DNA of 64,000 nucleotides from positions 944,546 through 1,008,545 of the forward strand of contig NW_018404083.1 in the NCBI RefSeq assembly GCF_002113885.1, written 5' to 3'. Origin of the DNA: Mizuhopecten yessoensis. Lineage: Eukaryota. This document shows, one piece after another, positions 25,232 through 39,129 of the stretch. Each line of letters begins with the position of its first letter. Position 1 is the stretch's first letter. Below the pieces are notes generated by a model, which saw nothing but the letters and a program-made list of their open reading frames with translations, searched no databases and was not told the origin of the DNA. The translations under genes and the position numbers were made by a program.

Positions 25232-28200
25232 CTTGAGGTATACACAATACTGTATATATCATATAAATATAAATGGTGAAGCTAGGTTAATGTAGTTGGT
25301 CTACACGGAAAGTTCAATGGAAACAAAGGACACCGCGGGAAAACTGACCATTGTCCACTTCACTTTTATAAATACTCAGTACGACGTGGATACACAATAT
25401 TTTGAACGGATTGCATGTTATACAAGGGAGAGTTACTTATCTGTCATTTTTGAATGATTTTGCAATCACACACAGTCCATTAATCCATGAAGAATAGCTT
25501 TATTTCCGCTGCCACTACACGTCGACCATATTTGCTTGACCACCGGAAGTCTAAGCGTACTTGTGTTAGAGCACTCAAATTTTAGCGGAATGAACATCCT
25601 ATGACTTATAAGAGCACTCTTAAATTAGTGAAAATGCAGTATCTAAACTCATTAGTTAGCGCAAATGTTGTGTATAGCGGGTGACCGGGATCAAAACCTA
25701 TATATTTGTGAGTCTGGTATATCGGACGACAACCTGCAAAAATATCATTCACGTTGTATGCAAGTGATTTGTTGTCATTTACTATCCTTTGATATGCTGT
25801 ATTTTATGGTATGGATAGCGTGTGCTTAATTATGGTCTTATTGCGTCGCGCGAAAGCTGCTAAAATTAAAATACTGCTAAAACCAGTACACTCACAGTAA
25901 TATATATTCGTGAACTTGTATTTTCGGTTCTCTGTAGATCGAAGGGATAGTGTTGTATTATTAAGTTTATCAGTGAAATGCAGTAAATTGTTCTATTGTG
26001 GTATGAAATATTAGAACATCACTATAATATTATAAAAAATATATTCCATATTTCAGTATTCCTTGTAAAATGCGTTTAAGAATATGTTATCCAGTCTGGA
26101 GTATTTAACTTCAGGTATAGTGTATTGATATATGTCCGAGTTATTGAACGTGAGTACATTTGTTTTCTTCCACAACTTCTATAGGTTTCGTCTTTCCTGA
26201 CTCATTATAGTTGGATGGTTAACATTTTTGGTTAACCACACTAGTGGGTAACATTCTGAACACGTGATTTTATTGCTAAATCTTTGGATAATGACATCAA
26301 GAAACCAAGCTTTGCGACGTCATCTTCCTTTGTGACGTCATAGTTCTTGGCAACTGTTACCCCAATCGGAAACAGGAATACGGTATTCCAAAGAGCAACA
26401 TATGGTTTTCTAGATATACTATCATTACTTTACGGGAGAAAAAGGTTCCCCAACTCGTGATGGTTGACTACCATGTTTATCTAAATCTCAGTTGTTAATT
26501 TTTCAAATTGTGGAAGACACATGGTAAACCTCGTTTCTTTATACAATTTGGAAATTAAGTTACGAGAATTAGAATATGATAATCAACCAACCTCTCTCTC
26601 TATATATATACATATAATTTGTTGAATGATATCTTAGATACATATATGGATATAAATCTGGGTTATTGAACGTGAGTAATTTTGTTATAAAGATACAACT
26701 TGTTGGATAGATAATTTAAGGTATATTATATGGATAGATATCTGGGTTATCGAATGTGAGTGATTTTGTTATAAATATATAATTTGTTTGATAGATACTT
26801 TAAAGTATATTGTAATAGACGTCTCGGTTACTAAATTTGTATGTTTTTATTTTCAATATGTAAATATACCTGTTTATTGCCTTTTTACTTATTTCCGAAC
26901 TAACAGAGAGTGTATGTAAATCTTTGATGCCTGCTATATGATGTTTCAATTATCAACTACTATAATGTGAAATTAACCATTACTCCTTTAATTTTGAAAT
27001 ACATATAATTAAGGAGTTTATGAACCTCACTTTCTGTTTCAACATTAGATTAGACCACTTTTAATTTCCACCTCTTTTTGGCCCCTAGATTCAACGATAA
27101 GCCCCGGAAGGACGAAACAGCTGTATGATGCAGTGTCATATACTTTTGCTAATGTATTAATTATCCGAATTTTAATAGGTGAAAACACATGTGTGTGTCT
27201 TACATTCATATAATTAGTTCACATACATGTATAAATAGCTTTCTACATAATGTGACTCATAATGATACCTCTAAACGCTATTTTTATTAAACTTAATTAT
27301 GTCTAACGAAGGTTGATATCTGCATGGATACGATTTATTCCGTTAAACCACAAGAAGTTATTTCCCTTGTTCCAGTAATTCTGATGTAGAGAATTTTCGA
27401 ATAATATGAGCTTTCCCTACCTCGAGAGAAACAAAATCTCACTCCGAGGAGCTGTTTCGGCTCAGGGTTAGACAGTCAAGATTCTCCCCCCTTCTCTTTT
27501 CATCAACATCACCGATAACAAATATTTTTTTTTTAAGTATGGTCCTATTTTTCTCGCTATTTATGTTTTATTTTTCAAAGAATAAATCTTTGTTTTACTC
27601 ACAACTTTCCTTAGTTTTATAGATTCCGTATTTTTGCTAATTTTAGAATTTTGTTGCAAATATTTTATTGATTTCATACAGATGCCTTAATCCCGTAGTA
27701 GGAATACAAATAATTAGCTATGGCTTTACATTAAAGCCTACATACATCTGTTATGGACTGGCCTACATTCTGATTGCTTTGAGACTCAATTTTCCAAAGT
27801 GACGTAGTTAGTTTTTTCATTATTAAGGGCCTATCAACACAAAATAGGTCATTAGAGCCAATATAAAATAAAATGAACCTGTTAAAGAAAATTACATCAA
27901 AAGAACGTAAAGGTGACTATGGTAAGTTATGTCTTTTTGAACAGACCAATAGCTTTTAGACAGGTTATAATCGTAGAGATATTAACTGTTTCGAAAAGAG
28001 ATTTGAGATCTTTATTGTTATTATATCTATTTTTTATCTGGTTGGCTGAATGTCATTGCAATCTAGTAACAAGTGTTTTACTGTGAATGGTTAAGTGGCC
28101 CTGGACTGTTTGTGAACATTAAAGCGTGGTAGCAAGGAAAAAACTGTACGAACAAAATATCTTTTGTGTGTTATTTATTGATAACGTCATCGATAACACA

Positions 28201-31200
28201 TCAAGATAAATCCCATGGCCAATCTGTGTACACCTTACAAGTAAATACCACGGGTGCATTGCCTTGTGCTGAGACAACCGGACGTTTGTCTTCTGTTTCC
28301 CATAACTCCCCGACAGCCTCGTCAATGGTCACTCCGTACATTAATGGGGTAGAAGACGTGATCTGGAAAGTTCCTGAACATGACTTATACTCACCATTAA
28401 CTAGACATTTGGGTTTACAAGCGTGACCACAAGAGTCAAAAGCAGTCATATAGAATTTTGCTGCGCTATGTTTGGGGTTTTTGACTCCAACGTAAGTCAT
28501 GGAAGAGGAGATAGACCGTCTCTCATCCACTACAGCATAATCCTTGTATCTGCCGGAATAGTCAATACCGTCGGTCTGGACGTAAACCTTTGAGGCTCCG
28601 GAACCGGATATATGACACTTAGGAGATGAAGCTGGGATATTTTGTGGAACTGACTTTATAATGTTACTTTCTTGTATATGACTTACATTAACTAGATTGG
28701 ACGAAAACCTCTGTCTTGATCCATCCAGTCTGGTTGAAGATTCAGAGGGTTTCTCGTAAATAACCCTCACAGGTATATAAACCCAAAGATTAGCATCACT
28801 GACACCATTCAAAACATATGTATTTAGGTATTGTTTATTGATCTGTGGATCTTCCACGCGACTCTTGGTTCCCATATTGTCAGTTTGGCGTATCTCTTTG
28901 TTCACATTTGAATCTTTCCCAAAACTTCGCCTTCTCCTCGAAGGCAGCGGTGCATTTGGAATAGTATCCCCTCTTGTTCGTGGATCTCGGCTGAAAACTC
29001 TAAAGCGTGAACCTATCGGAAGTGATCCGATCTCTTGCACGAGTGACTGTGTCCTGAGTTGGCCAACAGCGGCAGTTCCTCCGACAAATGCACTGGCTGC
29101 AGCAGCTCCAAATGGGGCAACCATAGTCGGTGATACTTCTGCTGCAGAAAGGGAGCGACATCTTCCAATAGTCTGATTACAAACCAAGTAGGGACTGTTA
29201 CTGCAATCAGGGCAACTCGGCGACGGAGCATATATTGTACGGGACTCAAAGAAGTTATTGTACCCTTGGATGTTTCGCAAATTATTGAAAGGTATCATTT
29301 GTGCGTTCGGAGCATGCAAAACATTTCCTTTAAGGGGGTAGTCGAATTGCGGATCTATTCCTGGGTACTCAACACGCAGCGAGTTCCTGAACAGATACCA
29401 AATGTAGTCAACAAAAGCGTGATGCATGAAGAAAACGGGCTCCTGTGGGGCGGTGGCTAACGCTGACAGCTGTCCGTCAACCCACACGTGCGGCCCGTCG
29501 TGCACTCGTTCTATGCTTAGTCTTGGGATTGGTTCCACGACTTCGTAGTGACTGCCCTGAGCGAGAATACCTTGGACTTGTTCATCAGTAATCAGGGATC
29601 CGTCGTTCCCAATGTTTCTGATAAGATTGATCCCCTGTGGAGTGATCCATCCAGCAAAAGGTCCGTTGTCCACAACTCCAAAACCTTGTCCGAAAAACTC
29701 CGGTGTCCAGAGAATTGAATCTGTTGGTTCCGTCATGTCATAGTCCAGTCGACTATCCCAATACGGTATCGGTACACCGAGAGCCTCTTCAAGTCTATAA
29801 TAGCAATACGAAGCTTTTTTAAGACTGGTTTACACATTGCTATATAGATAATTAAGATAACGAACGTCAAATAAACACTTTAGCTACGTGCATAAAATAA
29901 ACATATGTTGTTTAATAATTGTTCTTGGTAGAGGGACAAACCAATCAGATACCAATGAGCCGTTTTTAGCAATGTTTAGTTGATATAAAAAAAAAAGGAA
30001 CATTATTATTTATTTTTTTATGAAAAACGAATTTCAGTATTGAAGGGCTTAGAACCACATGGCCCCTTACAGGATCTTACATGAAGAGAAAAAGTATAGG
30101 AACTTAGACTGGGCCGAGTCCTTAGCACACAGCTGAGTAATGCTAGTACGAATCAGTGCTCAATATACGGTTTTGAGGAAAACATAAAAATTAAATTTAC
30201 ATTAGTTTTACAGTAAAAGAAAACAATCGAGAATACTAGGAAACAGCACAACAGATAATGAGATAGAAAGTATTGAGCCCACAAGAAACAGCTTTGTAGA
30301 AGAGGGGCTCATCACACAGAGGATGAGTACATACAGGAGGAGGTAAACCCGATGCCAGCCAAGAAAGTTGGGTCCAATGTGTGCTGCTAGTAGAATTAAC
30401 GGCGGCATGTGAATGTCGGATATAGCGTCGTATGGTACAAACTGCCCACCATTCGGCAACGCCTGGAGATACAAACAGCACATTAATTCACAAAAGAGCA
30501 AAACTGGAAATCTGGAACGAAATGGCGATACGAAAGTGCGTCCTAGGAGGCATCAAAACATAGACTTCACAAGGCAAAGGATACTTACAAGTTCATTAAG
30601 TATCATTGTCACTACAGTGAAATATCTGTTTAAGTCCTTTTCAAAAGAAATAATCCTCGAAAATCATGTTGCCATGCATTATAAACTGTAGTTATTTGAA
30701 ATATTAGAATGTTTGGCAAATATAAATATGAACTAAACAAGAAAACTTCAGGTGACGAACTCGATGAAAATCCTATTTTTTACCTATGTTGTCAAACAGG
30801 ATTTATAAAAAGCACGGTATGTCGAATTCATCGGCCGCAAATTATAGAGGAAAAATGACAGGAATAGTAATTTTAAGCCATAGAAAAAAATCTTTTGGCT
30901 GCTTCATCTTCTAGCGCGAAAAAAATATTTTCCCCCCCATTTTCTAACTGATGCATTGGTATCCTCTACCTTAAGCACCTTTCATGGTGTCTCCAAATAA
31001 TTTCAGTAAAGTGATATTAGACATCTTTCTGTTTTTTTGGATTGTTTCATATCAATGCTTGGTTGTTGCTAGCACTAATGGGATCAAACACTCCAGGGTT
31101 GTTTTATATAGACTTGTGTTTAAAACAACCCTCAAAATGCATAAATGATAACGTTTTTCTATCGTTAAAAGGAAAACGACTTCACATGAGTAATAGGTAC

Positions 31201-34200
31201 ATTAGTTAAAAAAACAATAACGTAAGTTAATTGAATATATTGTACCAGGACAAGAGCGGGTTTACATGATTGGATGCCCGTGTAGGTTCAAGGAATAATC
31301 GGCCTGCTGCATCTCAAAGCGTATGAACGGTATCTTTCTTTTATTCTGTTAATGGGACATTAAATAATCGAAGAATATACCTGCAGTATCTCACTGCATA
31401 TGTATCGTAAGATGCAACTAATGGTTGGCCCCCTGCAGAATAGGAGTTTTTTTCGTATTTCCTACTAAGAGGGCATTGAAGAGACCATAATTGATCTGCT
31501 GTGGCCAACAACACTTGATATCTTTTTCGTTTTCTATCTCTGTCTTCTTTCTTTTCTATCTACTTTCTATTTCAGGCGATGTTTCCCTAGGTACCGTCCT
31601 CATATGACTGTTGCGAGGACGTTTAATCCCAAACAAAAAAATACACAAATGGACAGGGATCAGACAAGGTGTAAAGCAAGTCCATCAACTATTTTCCTCA
31701 CTTTTTTTACTAGAATTTCACTATAGACAAGCAAAAAGTCTATGTTTGTATACGTCAGAATTGAAATAGCATTAAATGATACAGATATGTTATGTGGCCA
31801 GTTGACAACTTATGTCATTCAGGATGAATGATGCTGAAATGAATTTTATCTTCAAACATTGATACAAGACAATCAGCTTTTAAATACTTTCAGATAGAAT
31901 TCTACACAAAATGTCAAGCTCTTGAGTGTGGAAAATGGGCATATCATTTCATTCTCGAAGATCATTTTATCTCATCATATGAACACTTTAAACAGTATAT
32001 TTTCAATCTCAATATGAATTACGTTCAGTTCAAGGATAGAAAAAAACATGTGGAAAGTTTCAAATTCCGAAGAAAACATGGAAATATTGTATTAAGACAA
32101 GAGCAAACTTACCACAGGTCTTTTGAGGACATTGAGCCGGAATGTGAACGTGTTCCACTCCTCTCGTGTAAGGGTGCGAACCTCTTTCCTCTCTCGGACA
32201 TACCTCTTGGATCTTCCTCCGACACTTAACCGTCCCATGACCTTCCGAACGAGTTCTTGAGCATATAAGATGGAGGTGTTTGATATTTCCCTTTGGGGAC
32301 GGAGCAGAACGGTTTGTGAGAGGAAGTCTGTGATGCAGAAATTGTTTAGGCTCTGTGACGTCATTTCAGAAACGCTGATATTCTGGGTCCTATACCTGTA
32401 GAAATACAAACAAAACTTAAGATATCAGTTGTTTTTAATAGTCCGAATTATTCTGACGCTTTGTCGACTTTTTTTATATCGGTCTGGCGTCGATTAACGA
32501 CGTTTATCGACGCCAGACCGATATGAAACAAAGTCGATAAAACGTCAGAATAATTCGGACTTTTGTTTTTCTCAGCCAAACGTTCAGCGTTTAGGAAAAT
32601 CACAATTGATTTACCCGTTGTCAGTATAATGTAACCAGGTGGAATACTGTGCTGGGTGACTTCGGCATAATGTTTCGGTGAGGTATCACTCTAAGTACGA
32701 CAGAGGATCTCTGCTATGAATGCAAAGACACCAACATACCCTGCCTCCAGGTGACATACACACAAATTTGAAATGATGCATATATTAACATTTTCGTTAC
32801 AAATATCTCAGATACTTTGTCCTTATTTGAAGCGAATTTGATTTTCCTGGTATTATCTATGAAGTGAAATGGGCAGTTTGTTTTATTGATCATGATCCTA
32901 GTGAGACACCGCCTACAAGAATGTGTTGGGAAGTGAGGTAAAAGGAATAGATTCAAATAGTTGTGTTTTTGCCAGCAGATCAAATTTGGTTTCTTCGGTG
33001 TCCTTTTTAGAGGAAACCCGATCATGCAAGGGTTCCTCGTTAGTCGCCTTTTCTAGTGTCCTTTAAAGTAAAAGACACCACAGAGGAAACTGCGATCCTT
33101 CAGGGGTTTCGCATTAGTCGCCTCTTTCAGTGTCCTTTAAGATAAAAGACACAACAGAACAACCGCGGTCCCGCAGGGGTTCCGCATTAGTCACTTCGTA
33201 CAATACACATGCAAGAGGATACACAGAAATGACTTTTTCCCCCTTACATGCACAGGTCGACAGATACGTCATTTCATGAACTCCCCTCAAAAAAACCCAA
33301 TTCAAACAATTGATAATGAATTACCTGTAACACTCCCGGAGGATGTCCGGCATCGCCAATGGTTCCAGTAGGCTATAAACTACAGGTGGACACGTGGCAA
33401 TAAAGGAGAACAGCAGGAAAACGTGCGTGAGGTGGCGGTGATCCTAGCATTAATTGAAAAACCATGCAATTAATGGATGTTACATCCGTTATTTCTTCAC
33501 GAGCCCATCGGCTTATGTAAGACACAACGCTACGGGCTTTCCTCATCGATGACATCTATGCGGTTGTTTAATAAGTGGTTGTCCGTCCATATTAAATATA
33601 TACCAAAATTAAATTAATATCAGAGAAATTTGTCAACAAAACTTTTGATACTGCTTTACTATTTTATGTAAATTGAAATATATATTACACCGCTTATAAT
33701 TGTAACGGGGACCGTTACAGAATTCCCACAAACTGTCCTTTTAGTCACAAATGACGCACTGGAAAGATTTAGCATTGTCATAATACCCTTACATGCTAAA
33801 GTGGAGCAAAATCAGAAAAGGAGAGGGACCATTGGCATCACCTTTGCGTACACCCTAAATGTACCAATAAATCAATATATCGGCCACGACGGCCATGTTT
33901 GACGACCAATCGGAAGGTGAAAGGCTTTACGTACATCTACTCATGTCAACCAATGCACATGTGAAGTTTTGGGAAATATTCGGCTTGTGGTCTCTGAGAA
34001 AAACTGCGGAAACCATTAAGCGCATGAAAAATGGAAGAAGAAAAGAAGAATGATGATAACAAGGAACACAGCAAGATCAATAAGTGCTCCACTTGAATTA
34101 GGAGACATAACAGCACGTCTTACATAGTATAGTTATATTGATATGCATTGTTATGCATTTGTAGGTTGTATAGGTAATAACGGTAGTATAGTCCTAAATG

Positions 34201-35852
34201 GGCACTCGATCCGAACAAAAAAAAAATTCTGTGTATTTATTACTAAAATAGTTACATGTATATAAACAAGGTAATAGCGACAGTGCGGACAAGGAAATCT
34301 GTCAGAATTTTCCAGACAGGACAAAGAAATCAGTAAGATTTTCCAGACAATCCGCCCCTTATCAAGATGCAAATATGAAACGATAGCATAACAAAAAATA
34401 CAACGATGCGAAAAAACAGTTAACATGAAACAATCACAAAACATAAAACATAAGACAAACAATAACAATCACTATTGAATTTGTTTGTTGATGTGACATA
34501 TCGCTTCGGTCAGCCGAGAGTCGAATTACATTTATTTACTTGTATATTTGTATAAAAATGATATTATATATTTTTTTGTACGCTAATAGCCGCGCTATGA
34601 GGTTCCCTATGGAACATACATTGGAGCTAGGAGTGGGACCTAGACTTCCCTATGGAACATACATTTGAGCTTGGAGTGGGACCTAGACTTCCCTACAGTA
34701 CATACATTGGATCTAGGAGTGGGACCTAGACTTCCCTTAGAACATACATTGGAGCTTGGAGTGGGACCTAGACTTCCCTATAGTACATACATTGGAGCTA
34801 GGAGTGGGACCTAGACTTCCCTACAGTACATACATTGGATCTAGGAGTAGGACCTATACTTCCCTATGGAACATATATTGGAGCTAGGCGTGGGACCTAA
34901 ACTTCCCTATGGTACGTACATTGGAGCTTGGAGTGGGACCTAGACTTCCCTATAGTACATAAATTTGAGCTTGGAGTGGGACCTAGACCTCCCTATGGTA
35001 CATACATTGGATCTAGGAGTGGGACCTTTACTTCCCTATGGAACATACATTGGAGCTAGGAGTGGGACCTAGACTTCCCTATGGTACATACATTGGAACC
35101 TAGGAGTGGGACCTAGACTTCCCTATGGTACATACACTGGAGCTAGGAGTGGGACTCTTAAGCCCCCTGCAGTATACACATTGGACGCTAGGAGTGGGAC
35201 CTGGAGTCCCCTATGGTACATACATTGGACGCTTAAATCGGGACTTAAGAATCCGTTATGGTATATACCTTGTACGCAAATAATGGGACCTAATCTCCCC
35301 TTAAGTATATACACTGGACGCTAGGAGTGTGACCCGGAGTCCCTAATGGTACATAAAATGGACGCTAAAAGTTGAACTTTAGAAATCCTTATAGAACATA
35401 CAATGGAAGCTAGGAGTTGGACCTATAATCTCCTATAGAACAAACATTGGACGCTAGAAGTGGGACTTAAGAATCCCTTATGGTAAATACATTAGACCTA
35501 ACGTCTCCATTGATGCATAAATTGTATGTTAATTGTGGGACATAGAGCCCTTATGGTTTGAACATTTGACGCTAGGATTCTGACTTTAAGTCCCTATTGA
35601 TGCATAAATTGTATGTAAACTGTGGGACATAGCGTCCCTTATGGTTTGAACATTTGACGCTAAATGTCGGACCTAGAGTCGCCTACAATTTTACAATATA
35701 TAAATATAATGTAAAAACCGAGTTGTTCAATTTCTTTTTTTATATAATATAGAATGTTTCGTGATTTCACAATACACTTAATTCAGTTTGTTTAAACAAA
35801 AAGGTTGCACTTAATAAAAATTCGTACTCACCATTTTGCTGACATGAGCCAT
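28201..35852 (-). CDS. Secreted tyrosinase-like type-3 copper protein, paralog A (~708-714 aa, 5 coding exons)
   Basis: Exons 35832-35834 (or to 35852; ATG|gtgagt, less certain), 33325-33443 (signal peptide), 32113-32395, 30335-30462, 28201-29794. CuA: DIH, AHIGPNFLGWHR. PYWDS. CuB: HDGPH, FFMHHAFVD. Cys-containing C-terminal domain. Confidence 0.93.
31385..31650 (+). mobile_element. Bipartite non-autonomous retroelement without a tRNA head (leader motif + I/Nimb-like tail)
   Basis: TCGTAAGATGCAACTAA (variant of TCGTAAGAGGCGACTAA), a pyrimidine-rich tract, and tail GTCCTCATATGAC..TGTTGCGAGGACGTTTAA. Confidence 0.55.
32440..32561. mobile_element. 122-bp near-perfect palindromic MITE inserted into a Meta-SINE fragment (fragment extends to ~32760)
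   Basis: AGTCCGAATTATTCTGACG...CGTCAGAATAATTCGGACT, arms ~59 bp; possible TSD TTGTTTTT at 32429-32436 and 32563-32570. Confidence 0.8.
32995..33195. repeat. Short tandem repeat, ~73-bp unit, 2-3 copies
   Basis: Recurring GGGTT..CG..TTAGTCGCCT.TT..AGTGTCCTTTAA..TAAAAGACAC.ACAGA. Confidence 0.7.
34603..35690. repeat. 43-bp minisatellite (~25 units) in tyrosinase A intron 1
   Basis: Unit CTTCCCTATGGAACATACATTGGAGCTAGGAGTGGGACCTAGA at 34645, 34688, 34731 and onward; homogeneous to ~35150, then increasingly degenerate. Confidence 0.93.
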
Positions 35853-36649
35853 GTGCTACGGCAAATGTGTTTCTTCATACACTGATTCTCTTCAGTCGTG
35901 TCCTCAGAGTTCTGGAATAGATCAAACAATTTAAGATTGTTTCCGTTGCTTTCATGATACTTTTCCCTGTCATCTGATTATGCCGGCACGTTACTGTCGG
36001 TCACTGCATGTGAAGGTTACGCATTTCAGAAATAAGGTATGACACGTCATCATGAGTATGACCCCGATTGACCTCAGATGAAACAAAACATGAATTTTCA
36101 AATGTGATTTTAGAGATAAACATTTCTTCTACAAAACCGCGTAACGATTTCGTGCGACACCAGGGCAGGCATAATGGTTTATTCATGTTCAGTTAGTACG
36201 TGTCTACGGACTAATTACGTTTTCTATTCAAGTAATTTTAATTGCCAAACTGTTAAACTGTTTGATCTTAACTAGTTTCTGTTGTAACGAAAATTCTTTA
36301 TCTTTAAATCATCGACTACATGGGCTACTACATAACTTCATGATTAAAAAAATATCTGGAAAAAAAAATCATTTTTTTTACCGTAAATTATATATGTTTC
36401 ATGAGAGACATTTTTGTTTAAATTAGACAGAAACGTCAATGGCAAAATAAAATACCTTATGAATTTCTACTTTTGTCTTCAACAAATTCAATTAATAATT
36501 ATGTATTTTGTCAAACCCAATTATCACAAATAAGTCAAGTGAACTTTGACCTAAGAATAATTTAATGTTCTTAATAACACAATGATTTTAAAATTTCTGT
36601 TCAGAGGCTTGATCAGTAATATTTTGACTTAATTTGGCAAATTAAAAAT

Positions 36650-37077
36650 AGTCCGTCGGATAGGACTATAGATGGTGGCCCGTGTTGGAACTGTCCAACC
36701 TTGCACGATAAAGATTCCTCTGAGGAAGAGAAGGCGTGATAACGCCGACCCCAGGGGTTATAGCTGGGTTTAGTTTGGCCTTTAGAATTAGACTCTCTTT
36801 AATAGACATTTACACGGACTTCAAAAATATATAGACTTAACAAAATGTAGTAGATTAGTCTGGAGCTGGTGTGCTTGGGTATGGCTTCGTATCCCTCCTC
36901 TGGTCGGGGCGTGGCGCTGCTTCGCGACTAGAGTCCGGACAAACAGAATTACATACCGCAGACTCACAAAACACACACGCATACACTACACACATGCATC
37001 TTTCATACAGGAAAGGCCGTCCTTAAATGACCATAGCTGTTGATAGGACGTTACACAATACTAATCCAAACCAAACT
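36650..37077 (+). mobile_element. 5'-truncated SINE with Deu/Nin-like core and the shared I/Nimb-like tail
   Basis: CCGTCGGATAGGACTATA..GGCCCGTGT...TGCACGATAAAGATTCC core; tail GGCCGTCCTTAAATGACCATAGCTGTTGATAGGACGTTA. Confidence 0.6.
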
Positions 37078-38769
37078 AGGATATGGCAAATATTAGCCTT
37101 AGGAGTCGTCACACGCAGAATAGCATGATAAATTAGTACATATAGGATAGACGGCTCATTCTCTCCTCTAACATACTTTTTTTTATCTATTCGCTACTTA
37201 TTTTACCCATTCTACTCATGTGCCTATCTTTTCTTCGTCTGTTCGATAAACCGATCTATTCGATAGAGAAGCGGACGTGAAACCACTCAAAAAAAACAAC
37301 AAATTAAATCATTTCAAACACACAACAAGAAAAAATAGCTGCACTTTTAAAATTACTCCCCGTTACAAATTATAATAATATCTTTTTCATTTCAATAGGT
37401 TAAGCAACTATATCCCAAATTCAAGGGACTGTAATAAGTTAAACATATCACTAAACGATTTTGTTGTAAAATATTGAAAATATTTAAAAAAAAAATACTT
37501 ATAGAATAAACATTTGTGTAAAACCTAAAATTAATTGAGGCTGAAAGAATTGTTCATTTCTTGACAAATGTGCTGACTTCCATTTCTTTATTGTTAAATT
37601 TCCTCTCTTCTCCAGTGAAATACGAGCTATTATTGCTAGTGAACTCTACATTAAACGGTCGATTCCCTGCTGTTTAAAGTATTAAAATTTTCTGGATATC
37701 TATTTATCCCGTTGAAGGAGGCACTAAGCAGCTAGTTTTTTTTTTTTTTATCGAAGTAGCTGAAAACTACATTGCAAAAAGTCTGTGTTTATAGGTTGAT
37801 TTTGGAATAAGTATTTAACATAAGTTCACGATGTCTTCCCTTTTGTTTTGGTGTCTCCTCGGTTCCTGGTGTTTGAAGTTTGATTATTTCCTCAGAGTGT
37901 TGGTGTTTGTGCTGGTCATTGCATTATACTCATGCTTTTTTTCATGGAAATGCTGTCATACGTTGTACTTAAAAAAATCAAACAAGCACTAAAAAAATAC
38001 TAAGGAGGATAGAAGGAAGAAGTACGATTTATTTGAGTCTTATATCTTATTATATATGTTATAATTTTGTATCTTAATTTCTGAAAATTCATACAATGGT
38101 GTTTGATACACATCCTGTTATGTTCCAACAGTAATTTAGACCAATCTGGATTTCAACCGTTTTCGTTTCTAGCATCACTGAGTATCGCAGATGGGTTGTA
38201 ATAAAACAAATCAGATGTATTGCGCAGTGTTATATATTTTGGCACACTTTATCAATTACCCAATGTTATAGCTGCAGTTATCACGTTTGTGTGTCTTACG
38301 TCAATTTTATTTAATGCACTTCCTGTTATAAAGCTTAACACTATATGACAAACACTTGTTTTGCGTTCAGAAGTGTGTTTAAATAAACTGCTTTTACTAA
38401 ACACAGCTAAAACACGACAGGAAATTAATTAAAACTGTTAATCATGTATAAATATGACGCTTTTTACAAAAATGATAAATGTATGCAACCCTCGTGTTGA
38501 CAGTCTGTATACACTTTTTCATGTACAGGATGTAATGAAGGCGACCCATTCAGCTGGCGATACTGACATTCACGTTTTTGACAATTATTAAATTAGTGTC
38601 TGCACATTAAAATAACTGGAAAAACAAAAGAAGGAGGCACTAAAGACAAGAAAAAAACCCGAATTGGGTTTGTCGATACAGAAAGCCTAACAAAGTAAGC
38701 ATTTTTCTGCAGCATATATGGGCATTAAAGAAGACGAAGGAACACCGGAAGTAGAACGTCTTGGTGCCA

Positions 38770-39113
38770 TTAATACGAACAGGACGCCAAATACCGTCGT
38801 GACCGAAGGGCTGAGGCTTTGAGTCATGTCACGGCACTGTGTTGTATCTTTGAACAAGACACTTTACTCCGCTTGTTCCAGTCTACTCAGCTGTAACGTG
38901 GTTGGGCAGTGTTAGATTGAATGCTAGCTGTGAGCGCCGAAATGGCAGCACCGGCTGTATGCTCCTCGGAGAGTTGATTAAGATATTGGCTGGTTGCAAA
39001 GACCCTATAACCACGGATAAAAATGTGCGAACCGCTTTGAGACGATCTACTACTCGTAACTAGGTTGTGATAAAGCGGTATATATGAGCCTCGAATTATT
39101 ATTATTATTATTA
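38770..39113 (+). mobile_element. CORE-SINE copy
   Basis: TGTATCTTTGAACAAGACACTTTACTCCGCTTGTTCCAGTCTACTCAGCTGTAA core, L2-like tail and (TTA)n. Confidence 0.8.
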
Positions 39114-39129
39114 TAAAACAAAATGCTAT

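Noticed and set aside
27085-27130. Second hammerhead-like motif (AAGCCCCGGAAGGACGAAACAGCTGTA), with a reverse remnant near 27450-27470
   Set aside because: The CUGANGA core is missing; at best a dead Penelope relic.
34603-35690. CRISPR-like regular repeats
   Set aside because: Head-to-tail units with no unique spacers, no cas genes, eukaryotic intron.
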